Below, piece after piece: positions 33,776 to 43,553 of a stretch of 64,000 nucleotides of DNA. Origin of the DNA: Candidatus Avelusimicrobium gallicola. GTDB taxonomy: Bacteria > Elusimicrobiota > Elusimicrobia > Elusimicrobiales > Elusimicrobiaceae. The position numbers were made by a program, and so were the translations under genes. Within the stretch, counting starts at the first letter, position 1. Every line of letters begins with the position of its first letter. The notes beneath the pieces were generated by a model. The model was not told the DNA's origin. It worked only from the letters and a program-made list of their open reading frames with translations, and searched no databases. The stretch covers positions 97,672 through 161,671 of the forward strand of contig SUVG01000003.1 of NCBI GenBank assembly GCA_015062115.1, read 5' to 3'.

Positions 33776-33803
33776 GAAAAACCCCGAAGTTTTCGGGGTT
33801 TTT
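33776..33803 (-). terminator. Rho-independent terminator of the glc-like/HD-GYP operon
   Basis: The minus strand reads AACCCCGAA-AAC-TTCGGGGTT followed by TTTC. Confidence 0.75.
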
Positions 33804-34989
33804 AAGAAGGTTTTTGTTCCGTTACATCAGCCGTTTGGTTTTCCGGCTGGTTAACGGAAATGTGCGCGTAGAGTTTGCGTACGGAAGGATAAATCTTTTT
33901 GAAGGCCGCCACGCATCTGGGGTCGAACGACTTGCCCGACTCTCCTAAAATATAGGCGTAGGCATCGTCCGTTTTCCACGCTTTTTTATACACGCGGAAC
34001 ACGCACAACGCATCAAACACATCGGCTACGGTAATAATACGGGCTTCTATCGGTATTTCTTCTTCTTTTAAGCCTTTGGGATAGCCGGCACCGTTCCATT
34101 TTTCGTGGTGATACAGGCTCATCTTGTGGGCAATTTTTAATACCTTGGAGTGGGCCCCTTCCAAAATGCGCCCGCCGTAAACGGTGTGCGATTTCATAAT
34201 TTCAAATTCTTCGGGGGTCAGTTTCCCGGGTTTTAACAAAATGTTATCCGCCAGGGCCACTTTGCCGATATCATGGAGCGGGCTGGCGTTTTTAATCAGT
34301 TCCGCATCTTTTTTGCTCATACCCAAGGCAAGCGCCAAGAGGTAAGAAATAATGCTGATATTTTTTAAGTGGGCGCGTGTGTCTTGCTGGTCGCGGTATT
34401 CCGCGGTAACGGCCAAGCGGTAAATGGTTTCCAATTGCGCGACATGGACATCTTGGTAAAGTTTGGCAATTTCAATGGCACTGCCGGCTAAAGTAGCGAG
34501 CAACAATAAAATGCCTTCGTCTTTTTTATCAAAGGGGGTTCCGTCAGATTTATTGGCCACCTGAAAAACACCCAACACTTTTCCGGAGTTATTTTTCAGC
34601 GGAACGGCCAACATGGTGTGGGTGCGGAAATCGGTTACCATGTCCACATCCATGGAAAAACGGGGGTCTTCGTAGGCATTGGCCAGGTTGATGGTTTCCC
34701 CGGTGCGCGCTACCATGGAGATAGCACCGCTCCCGTTAAGAGGCACACGAATTTCCGTATGTTCCAATCCGCGCCCTTGGGCGATTTTGGACCATAATTC
34801 GTTCTTTTCCACATCTTTGAGGTAAATGGTGCAGCGGCCGACATCGAGCATAGCGGTAATTTGCTGGGCAATAATATCCAGCAGTTTATCTAACCGCAAT
34901 TCACTGGAAATACGCGTACCGAATTCTACCAACAGGTTTAATTTTTCTTCGGCAGAAAGTTTGGTGCTTTCCGGCTTAAAAGTATGCAT
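33802..34989 (-). CDS. GAF-domain sensor fused to an HD-GYP phosphohydrolase (putative c-di-GMP phosphodiesterase)
   Basis: It has an N-terminal GAF-like region (CTIYLKDVEKNELWSKI...LAVPLKN..GKVLGVFQVANK). The C-terminal part shows PLHDIGKVAL...HHEKWNGAGYPKGL...ITVADVFDAL. Confidence 0.85.
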   Translation of the reverse strand: MHTFKPESTKLSAEEKLNLLVEFGTRISSELRLDKLLDIIAQQITAMLDVGRCTIYLKDVEKNELWSKIAQGRGLEHTEIRVPLNGSGAISMVARTGETINLANAYEDPRFSMDVDMVTDFRTHTMLAVPLKNNSGKVLGVFQVANKSDGTPFDKKDEGILLLLATLAGSAIEIAKLYQDVHVAQLETIYRLAVTAEYRDQQDTRAHLKNISIISYLLALALGMSKKDAELIKNASPLHDIGKVALADNILLKPGKLTPEEFEIMKSHTVYGGRILEGAHSKVLKIAHKMSLYHHEKWNGAGYPKGLKEEEIPIEARIITVADVFDALCVFRVYKKAWKTDDAYAYILGESGKSFDPRCVAAFKKIYPSVRKLYAHISVNQPENQTADVTEQKPS

Positions 34990-34993
34990 GTCG

Positions 34994-36295
34994 TTACCCG
35001 TTTAAGCGTATGATATGTTCGGCCTTGGCGGACGGAAAAAACTTTTTGAGGCGGTAGTCCAATTCCAAAGCGGACAGCCCGGATAATGTAAACACAGTCC
35101 CTGTCTGTGTTCGGGCGACCGTACGCACGGCGCTTAGTGCGATTTTTTCATGCAACTCCAATTTAGCCAATGCGTACCCGAACGCGGGTATGTCCGCGTC
35201 CGTATAAGAACACTCTACAAAATTTTTTCTAAAAAGTGTTTTTAATATTGCTTCGCTTTTCTGCGCGGGGATACTTTCCCGAGTGAAAAGAGCCGACGGT
35301 TCCAACCGCACGGGAGTAGCGAAAGTTTTGGTTTGTAGCGGTTTTTTCGGTAATAATTCGGCCGCAAATGTAATTTTTTTAGCAAAGGCGGTGGCTTTTT
35401 TTTGCCAAAATTTATTGCCGGCAAACAGTTGAGGTGCTTTTTGTAAAAAATTATATACATCTATGCTATCGGTAATCAGGGGGAGTTTGGCTTTTTCCGT
35501 TTTTAAGTGGCGTACGATTAAACGGCGCACCGCCTTTTTGCTTTGGCGCAAATCTCCGTACACATATTCAAAAAGACCCGAGGACATATTGTGCCATAGA
35601 ATTGTTCTTTCGCCTGCTGTTTTCAGCACGGACAGGGCCAACTGCGGCATAAAAAATTCGGCTTCCAAAGAAGGCAGATAAATTTTTTTGGGTGTACCTT
35701 CCGCAGGAGGAAGTTCTTTTAATAATTTTTTAAGAGAAGGAATTTTTTTCGGCAGCAGTTCGTCTGCGTAGGTTACCCAGTTTAGGCTTTTGAGTCGCAA
35801 GATTCCGCTTGCGCGTAATAAACCGATAAATCCAATCTTGCGCAACACAAGGCCCGTGCGCAAAAGACTCCCGAAAAGTGAAGGAGCGGCACTCCTTAAA
35901 TGAAGAATTGCCTGTAACGGGCGGGGTAATACTCTTTTTTGTAATGCGCGCCGCATTTCCAAGATATGTTCTGCGGTGGGAATTTTCCCCGCGCAGGCCT
36001 GTGTGCATCTTCCGCAAAGCAGGCACGAATCTACCGATTGTAAGAGAAGATCCCGGTTGGCGGTAAGTTTCAGTTTCCCTTCTGCCAGTAACCGCAACGC
36101 CTGGTTGCGCCCGCGCGGGGAAAAAGTTTCTTGATGAAAGATTTGATAAGTGGGGCAGGCTTGTTGGCAACTGCCACAACGCGTGCAGTAGGCGGAAGAA
36201 TCATACACGCTTCTTTCTCCGAAAGCGGTGTGCAGTTCGGTTAAATGGCGTTTAGGGTGCAGGGGGTCTATTTGTGGGGTATAAAACTCAGGCAT
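34994..36295 (-). CDS. GlcF-like (Fe-S)-binding subunit with two 4Fe-4S ferredoxin motifs
   Basis: Shows CTRCGSCQQACP and CLLCGRCTQACAGKIP. The C-terminal stretch of about 300 aa contains only one Cys, so the CCG-motif cysteines are not evident. Confidence 0.6.
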   Translation of the reverse strand: MPEFYTPQIDPLHPKRHLTELHTAFGERSVYDSSAYCTRCGSCQQACPTYQIFHQETFSPRGRNQALRLLAEGKLKLTANRDLLLQSVDSCLLCGRCTQACAGKIPTAEHILEMRRALQKRVLPRPLQAILHLRSAAPSLFGSLLRTGLVLRKIGFIGLLRASGILRLKSLNWVTYADELLPKKIPSLKKLLKELPPAEGTPKKIYLPSLEAEFFMPQLALSVLKTAGERTILWHNMSSGLFEYVYGDLRQSKKAVRRLIVRHLKTEKAKLPLITDSIDVYNFLQKAPQLFAGNKFWQKKATAFAKKITFAAELLPKKPLQTKTFATPVRLEPSALFTRESIPAQKSEAILKTLFRKNFVECSYTDADIPAFGYALAKLELHEKIALSAVRTVARTQTGTVFTLSGLSALELDYRLKKFFPSAKAEHIIRLNG

Positions 36296-38282
36296 GGGGC
36301 TCCTCCTGCAATGCAGGGAATAAGTCTTCCGGGTCTAATTGATGTTTTAGTTTTTTCCACAGAAGATTTGATTTTGCGAGGACAAAAGGTTTTTCCTGCG
36401 GAATTTCTTGCGGGGTGGCATAAACCTTAAAGGTGATTTGGGTAACCAGGCCCAGCGTTCCCTGTGCGCCCGCAAATAAGCGCGTTAGGTTGTACCCGGC
36501 GGCGTTTTTCATTAGTTTCCCGCCGTATCGTGCGAAAGAGCCGTCCGGCAAAATGGCTTCCAACCCTATCGCCTGGGAATAAAACACGGGAAAACAACCC
36601 GAAGAAAACAGCCCGCCCAAAGTCCCTTCTCCCGAGGGGAGCTTCGCATGGACTTGCCTGTCTTGCAAGGCTTTTTTAAGTTCGCTTAATTTTACGCCTG
36701 CCTGTGCGGTGACGGTATAGTTTCGGGTATCAATTTCTAAAATTTTGTCCAAGGTTTTTGCGGATACCAAGTTGTGCGCTTGTGTTTGTAGGCGCGTGTT
36801 GGCTCCCACTATGGAGGAAGGGAGCCTGCCTTCTCTGCGTTTTCGTATTTTGTCGGCCAAATGTTTTACTTCGGCCGTAAGTTCTGTCTGCTCGCGCGAT
36901 TTTTCGGTATATCCAAAGGGGATAATTTTAAGGGGGTTGGATAGTTTTTCCGGGTCTATGGCTTGTTTGATGCGGGCCATCAGAGTAAGGGTCGGCTCTT
37001 CGTACTGATAAGACATAACGGCGCGTTTTTCCACCCCTACGCCATGCTCGCCGGATACGGTACCCCCGAAATCTACACAAGTTTGCAAAATTTGTTTTAA
37101 CGCATGAGCTACTTGTTTAGTTTGCAGTTTGTTACGTTCATCGAAAATAATTTGCGGATGAAAATTTCCGTCTCCCGCGTGAAAAAGCAAACTGGCGGAA
37201 AGTTGGTGTTCTTGTAAAATTTGACGCACTTTTTTAAGTGCCGCAGGCAGTTCGCTGCGCGGGACGGTGCCGTCTCCCACTGCCACATTGGGGGCTAAAC
37301 GCGCCATGGCGGCATAAGCGGCACGGCGGCCGGCCCATAAGCGTTGGCGTTCCTCGTCCGTTTTGGCCGTTATAAATTGAGTGGCCCCGTTTTGACGGCA
37401 GATTTCTTCCAGTATTTTTTCTTGCGTTTCTATTTGAAAAGGGTTTCCGTCCAGTTCCAAAATCAGCAGTGCGTCCGCTTCTTTGGGATATCCTGCTTTG
37501 GAAAAATCTTCTACCGCGTGGATAGTGGTTTTATCTAATGCTTCTACGCAACGCGGAATAATGCCCCGGGCGGTTAGGTCGGTTACGGTTTGCACACTGC
37601 TTTCCAAGGAAGTAAAAGTGGCTAAAAAAGTTTTAATATAAGCGGACGCAGGCAGAATTTTTACTTTTAAGCGGGTGATCAGGCCCAGGGTTCCTTCGCT
37701 CCCGGCAAGCAGACCCAAAAAATCCGGGCCGCCGTTTTCCCGCGAAAGGTGCACGGTTTCTCCGCCGGGTAAAACCACTTCGGCTTCCAGCACATGGTCT
37801 AAAGTGCCGCCGTATTTCATACACCGCGCGCCGCTTGCGTTTTGGGCAAGGTTTCCTCCCAGCGTGCAGACGCGCTCGCTGGCCGGGTCGGGAGCGTAAA
37901 AAAAGCCCAGTTTTTCCAGTTCCCGTTGCAAGTCCCCCGTAATCACGCCGGGTTCCACGATAGCAAACCCTTCTTGTGTGTTGATTTGCAAAATTTTGTT
38001 AAGCGCACACAGATTAAGAATTACCCCTCCGTGCAAAGTACTGCATCCGCCGGCATGGTTGGTGGCGGCGGCGCGGGGGACAAACGGAATTTTATGTTGA
38101 TAAAGGGTGCGCAATAAATTGGGGATAATTTCCGCCCGTTGCACTAAAATCAACCCGTCCGGGCGTGTGCGGGAGAGGGAACAATCGTACGCGTGCAACA
38201 GCAAAGAAGCCTCGTCCGTAAGGACATTTTCTTTTCCGGCAATCTTTTTTAAGGCTTCCAGGGCGTGGGGGGGTATTTTCAT
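36288..38282 (-). CDS. FAD-linked oxidase, GlcD-like domain fused to a GlcE-like second FAD-binding domain (664 aa)
   Basis: The N-terminal 460 aa or so are GlcD/D-lactate dehydrogenase-like (PRAAATNHAGG, a PCMH FAD fold, a C-terminal oxidase domain ending SGEHGVG). The C-terminal 200 aa or so repeat a PCMH-type FAD-binding fold (IVGANTRL...ILPDGSFARYGGKLMKNAAGYNLTRLFAGAQGTLG). It overlaps the downstream Fe-S gene by 8 nt. Confidence 0.7.
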   Translation of the reverse strand: MKIPPHALEALKKIAGKENVLTDEASLLLHAYDCSLSRTRPDGLILVQRAEIIPNLLRTLYQHKIPFVPRAAATNHAGGCSTLHGGVILNLCALNKILQINTQEGFAIVEPGVITGDLQRELEKLGFFYAPDPASERVCTLGGNLAQNASGARCMKYGGTLDHVLEAEVVLPGGETVHLSRENGGPDFLGLLAGSEGTLGLITRLKVKILPASAYIKTFLATFTSLESSVQTVTDLTARGIIPRCVEALDKTTIHAVEDFSKAGYPKEADALLILELDGNPFQIETQEKILEEICRQNGATQFITAKTDEERQRLWAGRRAAYAAMARLAPNVAVGDGTVPRSELPAALKKVRQILQEHQLSASLLFHAGDGNFHPQIIFDERNKLQTKQVAHALKQILQTCVDFGGTVSGEHGVGVEKRAVMSYQYEEPTLTLMARIKQAIDPEKLSNPLKIIPFGYTEKSREQTELTAEVKHLADKIRKRREGRLPSSIVGANTRLQTQAHNLVSAKTLDKILEIDTRNYTVTAQAGVKLSELKKALQDRQVHAKLPSGEGTLGGLFSSGCFPVFYSQAIGLEAILPDGSFARYGGKLMKNAAGYNLTRLFAGAQGTLGLVTQITFKVYATPQEIPQEKPFVLAKSNLLWKKLKHQLDPEDLFPALQEEPHA

Positions 38283-38346
38283 AAATTGTTTGTCAGGTAA
38301 AACTTTTTGTATATTATTATTATATTATTTGTGTTAGGTTAAAATC

Positions 38347-39156
38347 ATGCACAAACAAAAGCAAGGGAAAAGGTTGGTTGTAGTAGGAGATGTGCACGGA
38401 CAGTTTGAACCGTTTGTAAAAATCTTGCGCCATGCGGGATTGATAGACGAGGAAAACAACTGGCTGGGTACGCACGACCGCTTACTGCAAATGGGTGATA
38501 TTTTTGACCGCGGGCCTTTTTCCCGTAAAGTAGATGATTTGTTAGATAATCTGCAGAAACAGGCTTCTATGACGGACGGGGAAGTAATCCGTTTGGTGGG
38601 GAACCACGAGTTGGAACTTTTGCTTTCCAATTTTATTATTTCCGGTTTTAACAAAGAAGAAGCCAAATTTATGCGCGATAAATTAAGCCAACAAGTGCTG
38701 GACGGCGCTTGGAAGGCGGCTTATGCGTATAAAGGGTTTTTGTTTACGCACGCCGGGGTAACACGCAAACTCTTTAAGATTTTTCAAATGCAATTGGACG
38801 AAGCCACCGAAACCAATGTGGCGGTTCTTATCAATTTAATTTTCAAAGAATCTATTAAACACCAATTTTTTAAGCACCCTATTTTCAATATCAGCATCAG
38901 CCGCAAAGGGCCGGATAAATTCGGCGGAATTTTTTGGGAAGATTTGGAAGATTTGGTAAAGTCTTATCCCAAAAGCCCGCTGGTGCAAGTGGTGGGGCAT
39001 ACGCAAGTGGATAGAATTATTTTGGACAGAAGTGCCAATATTATTCCTGTAGATGTGGGCCTGCACCGCAAACTTCAATACTTGGTAATTACGGACGACG
39101 GCGTTCCGCACATTGTAGATGTTCCGGAAGAGAAGGAAAAATCTTCCGCGGAATAA
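38347..39156 (+). CDS. PPP-family metallophosphoesterase (Ser/Thr phosphatase-like)
   Basis: Shows GDVHGQ, GDIFDRGP and GNHE signatures in the canonical order. Confidence 0.75.
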   Translation: MHKQKQGKRLVVVGDVHGQFEPFVKILRHAGLIDEENNWLGTHDRLLQMGDIFDRGPFSRKVDDLLDNLQKQASMTDGEVIRLVGNHELELLLSNFIISGFNKEEAKFMRDKLSQQVLDGAWKAAYAYKGFLFTHAGVTRKLFKIFQMQLDEATETNVAVLINLIFKESIKHQFFKHPIFNISISRKGPDKFGGIFWEDLEDLVKSYPKSPLVQVVGHTQVDRIILDRSANIIPVDVGLHRKLQYLVITDDGVPHIVDVPEEKEKSSAE

Positions 39157-39176
39157 AAAACGGTAAGGAGATAAAG

Positions 39177-39653
39177 GTGAAAAAAGGTTTTACTTTAATA
39201 GAACTATTGGTAGTCGTTTTAATTATCGGGATCTTGTCTGCGGTGGCGCTCCCGCAATACACCAGAGCAGTAGAAAAGAGCCGTGCCACCCAAGCCATGA
39301 CATTGGTCAAAGCCATTGCGGATGCGCAAAAGGTTTATTACTTGGCAAACGGCACTTATGCTACCAAATTTGAAGATTTGGATATCAGTATGCCGTGGAC
39401 TGAAACCGGAAATTCCGTTGCGTACGGGGACTTTCGGTACTATGCTCTTCTCAGCGCATCTCCCCGTTATTATATCCAGGCCACTTATATCAAAGATTCT
39501 TCCGCGGGTTGGTTGATAAACTATTATTTAGATACGAAAACCTTAGCCTGTGTTACCCCTAAATCTAACACGAAGGGGAATCACTTTTGTAAGGGGTTCT
39601 CTTCGGTTATTGTTCCATGTGCTACTTCCGGTTATAATTGCTATGTGATTTAA
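39177..39653 (+). CDS. Type IV pilin-like protein (prepilin-type N-terminal domain)
   Basis: It has a GTG start after AAGGAG. Shows (M)KKG/FTLIELLVVVLIIGILSAVALPQYTRAVEKSRA. It starts 20 nt after the phosphatase gene. Confidence 0.85.
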   Translation: MKKGFTLIELLVVVLIIGILSAVALPQYTRAVEKSRATQAMTLVKAIADAQKVYYLANGTYATKFEDLDISMPWTETGNSVAYGDFRYYALLSASPRYYIQATYIKDSSAGWLINYYLDTKTLACVTPKSNTKGNHFCKGFSSVIVPCATSGYNCYVI

Positions 39654-39667
39654 CTTGTTATTTAATT

Positions 39668-39697
39668 AAAAAACCCCCGCTTATTGCGGGGGTTTTG
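39668..39697. terminator. Bidirectional rho-independent terminator (pilin gene / lepA)
   Basis: AAAAAA-CCCCCGC-TTATT-GCGGGGG-TTTT. Confidence 0.8.
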
Positions 39698-39708
39698 TTT
39701 GTGTCTTT

Positions 39709-41538
39709 CTATTCTTCATCAATCTTTAACATGGCAACGAACGCTTCCTGCGGAATGTTCAAACTGCCGATGCTCTTCATGCGCTTTTTTCCTTCTTTTT
39801 GTTTTTCAAGCAGTTTACGCTTGCGGGAAATATCGCCCCCGTAACACTTGGCAATAACGTCTTTGCGGAAGGCGGGGATTGTTTCGCGCGCGATTACTTT
39901 GCCGTTAATGGCGGCTTGCACGGCCACTTCAAACTGTTGGCGGCCGATGAGTTCTTTTAGTTTGGCACACAGGGCACGGCCCATGGTTTGGGCTTTTTCT
40001 TTATGTACCACAACGGAAAGCGCATCTACGGGCGAGCCGTGGAGTAAAATTTCCATTAGCACCACATCGGAACTTCTAAACCCGGCTACTTCGTAATCAA
40101 AGGAAGCATACCCTTTGGAAACAGATTTGAGTTTATTGTAAAAATCAATTACCATTTCGCCCATGGGCATTTCGTATTTGATAATCACGCGCTGATTGGA
40201 TAAGTGATCCATATTCATAAACACACCGCGTTTTTCCTTCAGCAGTGTCATCACGCCGTCCATAAATTCCACGGGCGTAACAATTGTGATGTGGATAACC
40301 GGTTCTTTGATATCAATGATATCGCCGTGCGGCGGGAAGTTGGCAGGGTTATCAATAATCTTATATCCGGGATCGTCGGGGGCGTCCGGCAGAGCGGAAA
40401 GTTCCTGCGGGTGCGATTTGCGCGGAGTAAATTTAACGTGATACACCACGTTGGGGCTGGTGGCAATCAGCGATAAGTTAAACTCGCGTTCCAATCTTTC
40501 TTTTACGATTTCAATGTGCAAAATTCCCATGAAACCCAAACGGAAACCAAAACCCAAGGCTTTGGAAGTTTCGCTTTGGTAATGGAAGGAAGAATCGGAT
40601 AAATTTAATTTTTCCAAGGCTTTTCTTAAAAGCGGAAAATCGGTCGTTTCCACGGGGAAGATGCTGGCAAACACAACGGGTTTGGCATCTTCGTAGCCGG
40701 GGAGCGGGTCTTGCGCGGGGCGTTCGGCCAAGGTGACGGTATCCCCTACTTTTACTTGGTGAATATCTTTGATGCCTGCTACCAAATAACCTACTTCCCC
40801 TGCGGAAAGTTTATCGCATTTGTGGAGTTGTTTGGGGGTCATAAACCCGATTTCTTCCGTTTTGTAAGTGGCGCCGGAAGACATAAACTGAATCGTCTGC
40901 CCCGGTTTAACAGTGCCGTCCACTAAGCGGATATACATAATAACCCCGCGGAAGGGGTCGTAATAAGAATCAAAAATCAGGGCGCGAAGCGGAGCGGTGC
41001 TATCGCCTTGCGGAGCAGGCACATCAGCGATAATGCGGTCTAGCAAATGTTCTATCCCCATACCTGTTTTGGCGCTTACGCGTTCGGCTTCCACCGGTTC
41101 GTGCAAAATGTCCCACAGTTGTTCTTCCGAAGCATCTGCATCAGATTGGGATAAATCCACCTTGTTCATAACGGGGATAATGTGAAGGCCTAAACTTTGG
41201 GCCAAATGGGCATGCGCTACGGTTTGGGCTTCCACCCCTTGCGAGGCGTCCACCAAGAGGAGAACCCCTTCGCAGGCACGCAAGGAACGGGCCACTTCGT
41301 ACGAAAAATCTACGTGGCCGGGAGTGTCAATTAGGTTTAGGATATAATCTTTATACTGAATACGCACCGCTTTGGCTTTAATGGTAATGCCGCGCTCGCG
41401 CTCTAAATCCATGCCGTCTAATAATTGCGCTTGCATTTTGCGCTTGGGAACGGTGCCGGTATCTTCTAAAATACGGTCGGAAAGGGTTGTTTTGCCGTGG
41501 TCAATATGGGCCACGATGGAAAAGTTACGAATCTTCAT
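39709..41538 (-). CDS. lepA: Translation elongation factor 4 (LepA)
   Basis: Shows IRNFSIVAHIDHGKTTLSDR, DTPGHVDF, NKVD, and the LepA C-terminal domain. Confidence 0.97.
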   Translation of the reverse strand: MKIRNFSIVAHIDHGKTTLSDRILEDTGTVPKRKMQAQLLDGMDLERERGITIKAKAVRIQYKDYILNLIDTPGHVDFSYEVARSLRACEGVLLLVDASQGVEAQTVAHAHLAQSLGLHIIPVMNKVDLSQSDADASEEQLWDILHEPVEAERVSAKTGMGIEHLLDRIIADVPAPQGDSTAPLRALIFDSYYDPFRGVIMYIRLVDGTVKPGQTIQFMSSGATYKTEEIGFMTPKQLHKCDKLSAGEVGYLVAGIKDIHQVKVGDTVTLAERPAQDPLPGYEDAKPVVFASIFPVETTDFPLLRKALEKLNLSDSSFHYQSETSKALGFGFRLGFMGILHIEIVKERLEREFNLSLIATSPNVVYHVKFTPRKSHPQELSALPDAPDDPGYKIIDNPANFPPHGDIIDIKEPVIHITIVTPVEFMDGVMTLLKEKRGVFMNMDHLSNQRVIIKYEMPMGEMVIDFYNKLKSVSKGYASFDYEVAGFRSSDVVLMEILLHGSPVDALSVVVHKEKAQTMGRALCAKLKELIGRQQFEVAVQAAINGKVIARETIPAFRKDVIAKCYGGDISRKRKLLEKQKEGKKRMKSIGSLNIPQEAFVAMLKIDEE

Positions 41539-43267
41539 GTTTGTCGTTCTGCTCTATTAAATTACGGATTTCTTCCGAACTGCCCATGAGGAGTGCCGCT
41601 TGGGCCAGGTCGGAACATTGTTCAAAATTGGAATTGCGGATTACATTTTTAACACGCAAATACATACGCGGTGTAACGGAAAGTGCGTCCACCCCTAAAC
41701 CCAGCAATAAAGCAAGCATGCGCGTATCGGAGGCTAATTCCCCGCAGATGCTCACTTCTTTACCGCGATTGTGTGCTGTTTGAATAATGTGGCTGAGTGT
41801 TCTGCCTACTGCCGGGTGGCAGGAGTCGTACATGTGGGCCACTTCTTGGTTGACGCGATCTACCGCTATTAAATATTGTATCAAGTCATTAGTGCCAATG
41901 GAAATAAAATCGAGTTCGCCTATCATGCCGTCCAACGCAATGGCGGCGGCGGGAACTTCAATCATAGCACCCAAAGCAATTTTGTTAATAGGCTTTTTGC
42001 CTTGTTGTTCAAACTCGGCCAGGACTTGATTGAAAGCTTTGCGTACATGGCGTACTTCTTCCACGGAAGAAACCATGGGAATCATAATGCGCACTTGGGC
42101 CGGTACGGCACAAGCGGTGCGTACAATGGCACGCAACTGCGTAAACAAAAGTTCCGGGTTTTTTAAGAATAAGCGAATCCCGCGGCAACCCATAAAGGGG
42201 TTGTCGTCTTGGTCAAATTCGTCTAACGGAAAATCGGGCATTTTATCGGCGCCGAGGTCTGCCAAACGGATTGTGGCCGGGCGCATATCAAAACGCTTAA
42301 AGACGGATAAATAAATTTGGTATTGTTCTTCCTCGGTTGGCGGAACAGGCGTGTTCATGAACAAAAACTCGGTACGCAAAAGGCCCAACCCGTCCGTAAT
42401 TAAGCGTTTATTTTCTTTATTATCGGTACGGGGATCGTAATTGACATAGAGTTTTACTCTCCGCCCGTCCTGTGTAACTACGGGCAAGTGGTTGATTGTT
42501 TTTAAGAGAGATTCCGTCTTTTTGATTTCGCGCTGAATTTTTCGGTAATTAGCCAGGGTGTAACGGTCGGGATTGATGACCAGTAGCCCGTTTTCCCCGT
42601 CAATAATCAGGGTGTCTCCGGCGCGGACTTCTTTGGAAGCGGTAGAAAGCCCCACCACGGCAGGCAAATTTAAACTTTGCGCCAAAAGAGCCGTGTGGCT
42701 TGTTTTCCCGCCGACATCGGTGCAGAAACCGATTACTTGGTTTTCTTGCAGGTTAATCGTGTCGGAAGGGTAGAGGTTATGGGCTACAAGTAAGGAATTT
42801 TTTTGAATAGAGGCCAAAAATTCCCGCTTGCCTCCGTCTAAATTATTTACCAAACGCTTGCCGACGTCAAAAATATCGTTTCGGCGTTCTTTGAAAAAGG
42901 GGTCTTTGATTTTATCAAATCCGGCGGCCAGTTCCTGCAGGGTAATAAATAAGGCCGCTTGGGCGGAAAGATATTCCCCTTGTATTTTTTTGCATACGCT
43001 TTCGCGAAGGGCAGGGTCTTGCAGGATAAGTTTATGGGTGGACATTAAGTTGGCATATTCGGCCCCTAATTCGGTGAGGACTTTTTGTTCGCACTCGTCC
43101 AACTCTTCCAGCGTTTTTTGCATGGCGGAATTAAGTTTTTCAATTTCCGCCGGGATTTGGGCCGCATCAACATACTGGCGGGTAAGCGCAAATTTTTCAC
43201 CCGGCATCAAAACGGCAGGGCCGATGGCTACTCCGGGGCTGGCGGCAATCCCTTTTAATACCAACAT
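41525..43267 (-). CDS. ptsI: Phosphoenolpyruvate-protein phosphotransferase (PTS Enzyme I)
   Basis: Shows GIAASPGVAIG, GGKTSHTALLAQSLNLPAVVG (active His), and SIGTNDLIQY. It overlaps lepA by 14 nt. Confidence 0.95.
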   Translation of the reverse strand: MLVLKGIAASPGVAIGPAVLMPGEKFALTRQYVDAAQIPAEIEKLNSAMQKTLEELDECEQKVLTELGAEYANLMSTHKLILQDPALRESVCKKIQGEYLSAQAALFITLQELAAGFDKIKDPFFKERRNDIFDVGKRLVNNLDGGKREFLASIQKNSLLVAHNLYPSDTINLQENQVIGFCTDVGGKTSHTALLAQSLNLPAVVGLSTASKEVRAGDTLIIDGENGLLVINPDRYTLANYRKIQREIKKTESLLKTINHLPVVTQDGRRVKLYVNYDPRTDNKENKRLITDGLGLLRTEFLFMNTPVPPTEEEQYQIYLSVFKRFDMRPATIRLADLGADKMPDFPLDEFDQDDNPFMGCRGIRLFLKNPELLFTQLRAIVRTACAVPAQVRIMIPMVSSVEEVRHVRKAFNQVLAEFEQQGKKPINKIALGAMIEVPAAAIALDGMIGELDFISIGTNDLIQYLIAVDRVNQEVAHMYDSCHPAVGRTLSHIIQTAHNRGKEVSICGELASDTRMLALLLGLGVDALSVTPRMYLRVKNVIRNSNFEQCSDLAQAALLMGSSEEIRNLIEQNDKHEDS

Positions 43268-43269
43268 AA

Positions 43270-43539
43270 TTAAAATTCCTCGTTAAATTTATTATCAAAA
43301 AGTTGTTTGATAGCGTCGAAGGCTTGCTGTTCGTCTTCCCCTTCCGTGGTAAGGCGAAGCGTAGAGCCGAATTCGGCCGCCAACATCATAACACCCATGA
43401 TGCTTTTGGCATTTACGCGCACGGAGTCTTTTTCCAACAGCACTTCGCATGTAAACCCGGCGGCGGTTTGGGAAATCAGCGCAGCAGGGCGGGCATGGAG
43501 TCCTAAGCGGTTTGTAATTTTTAAGTCTTGTTGGATCAC
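43270..43539 (-). CDS. ptsH: Phosphocarrier protein HPr
   Basis: The start was reassigned to the GTG at 43539, 6 nt after AGGAGA. Shows (M)IQQDLKITNRLGLHARPAA (His15) and NAKSIMGVM (Ser46). Confidence 0.9.
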   Translation of the reverse strand: MIQQDLKITNRLGLHARPAALISQTAAGFTCEVLLEKDSVRVNAKSIMGVMMLAAEFGSTLRLTTEGEDEQQAFDAIKQLFDNKFNEEF

Positions 43540-43553
43540 GGTTTTTCTCCTGT

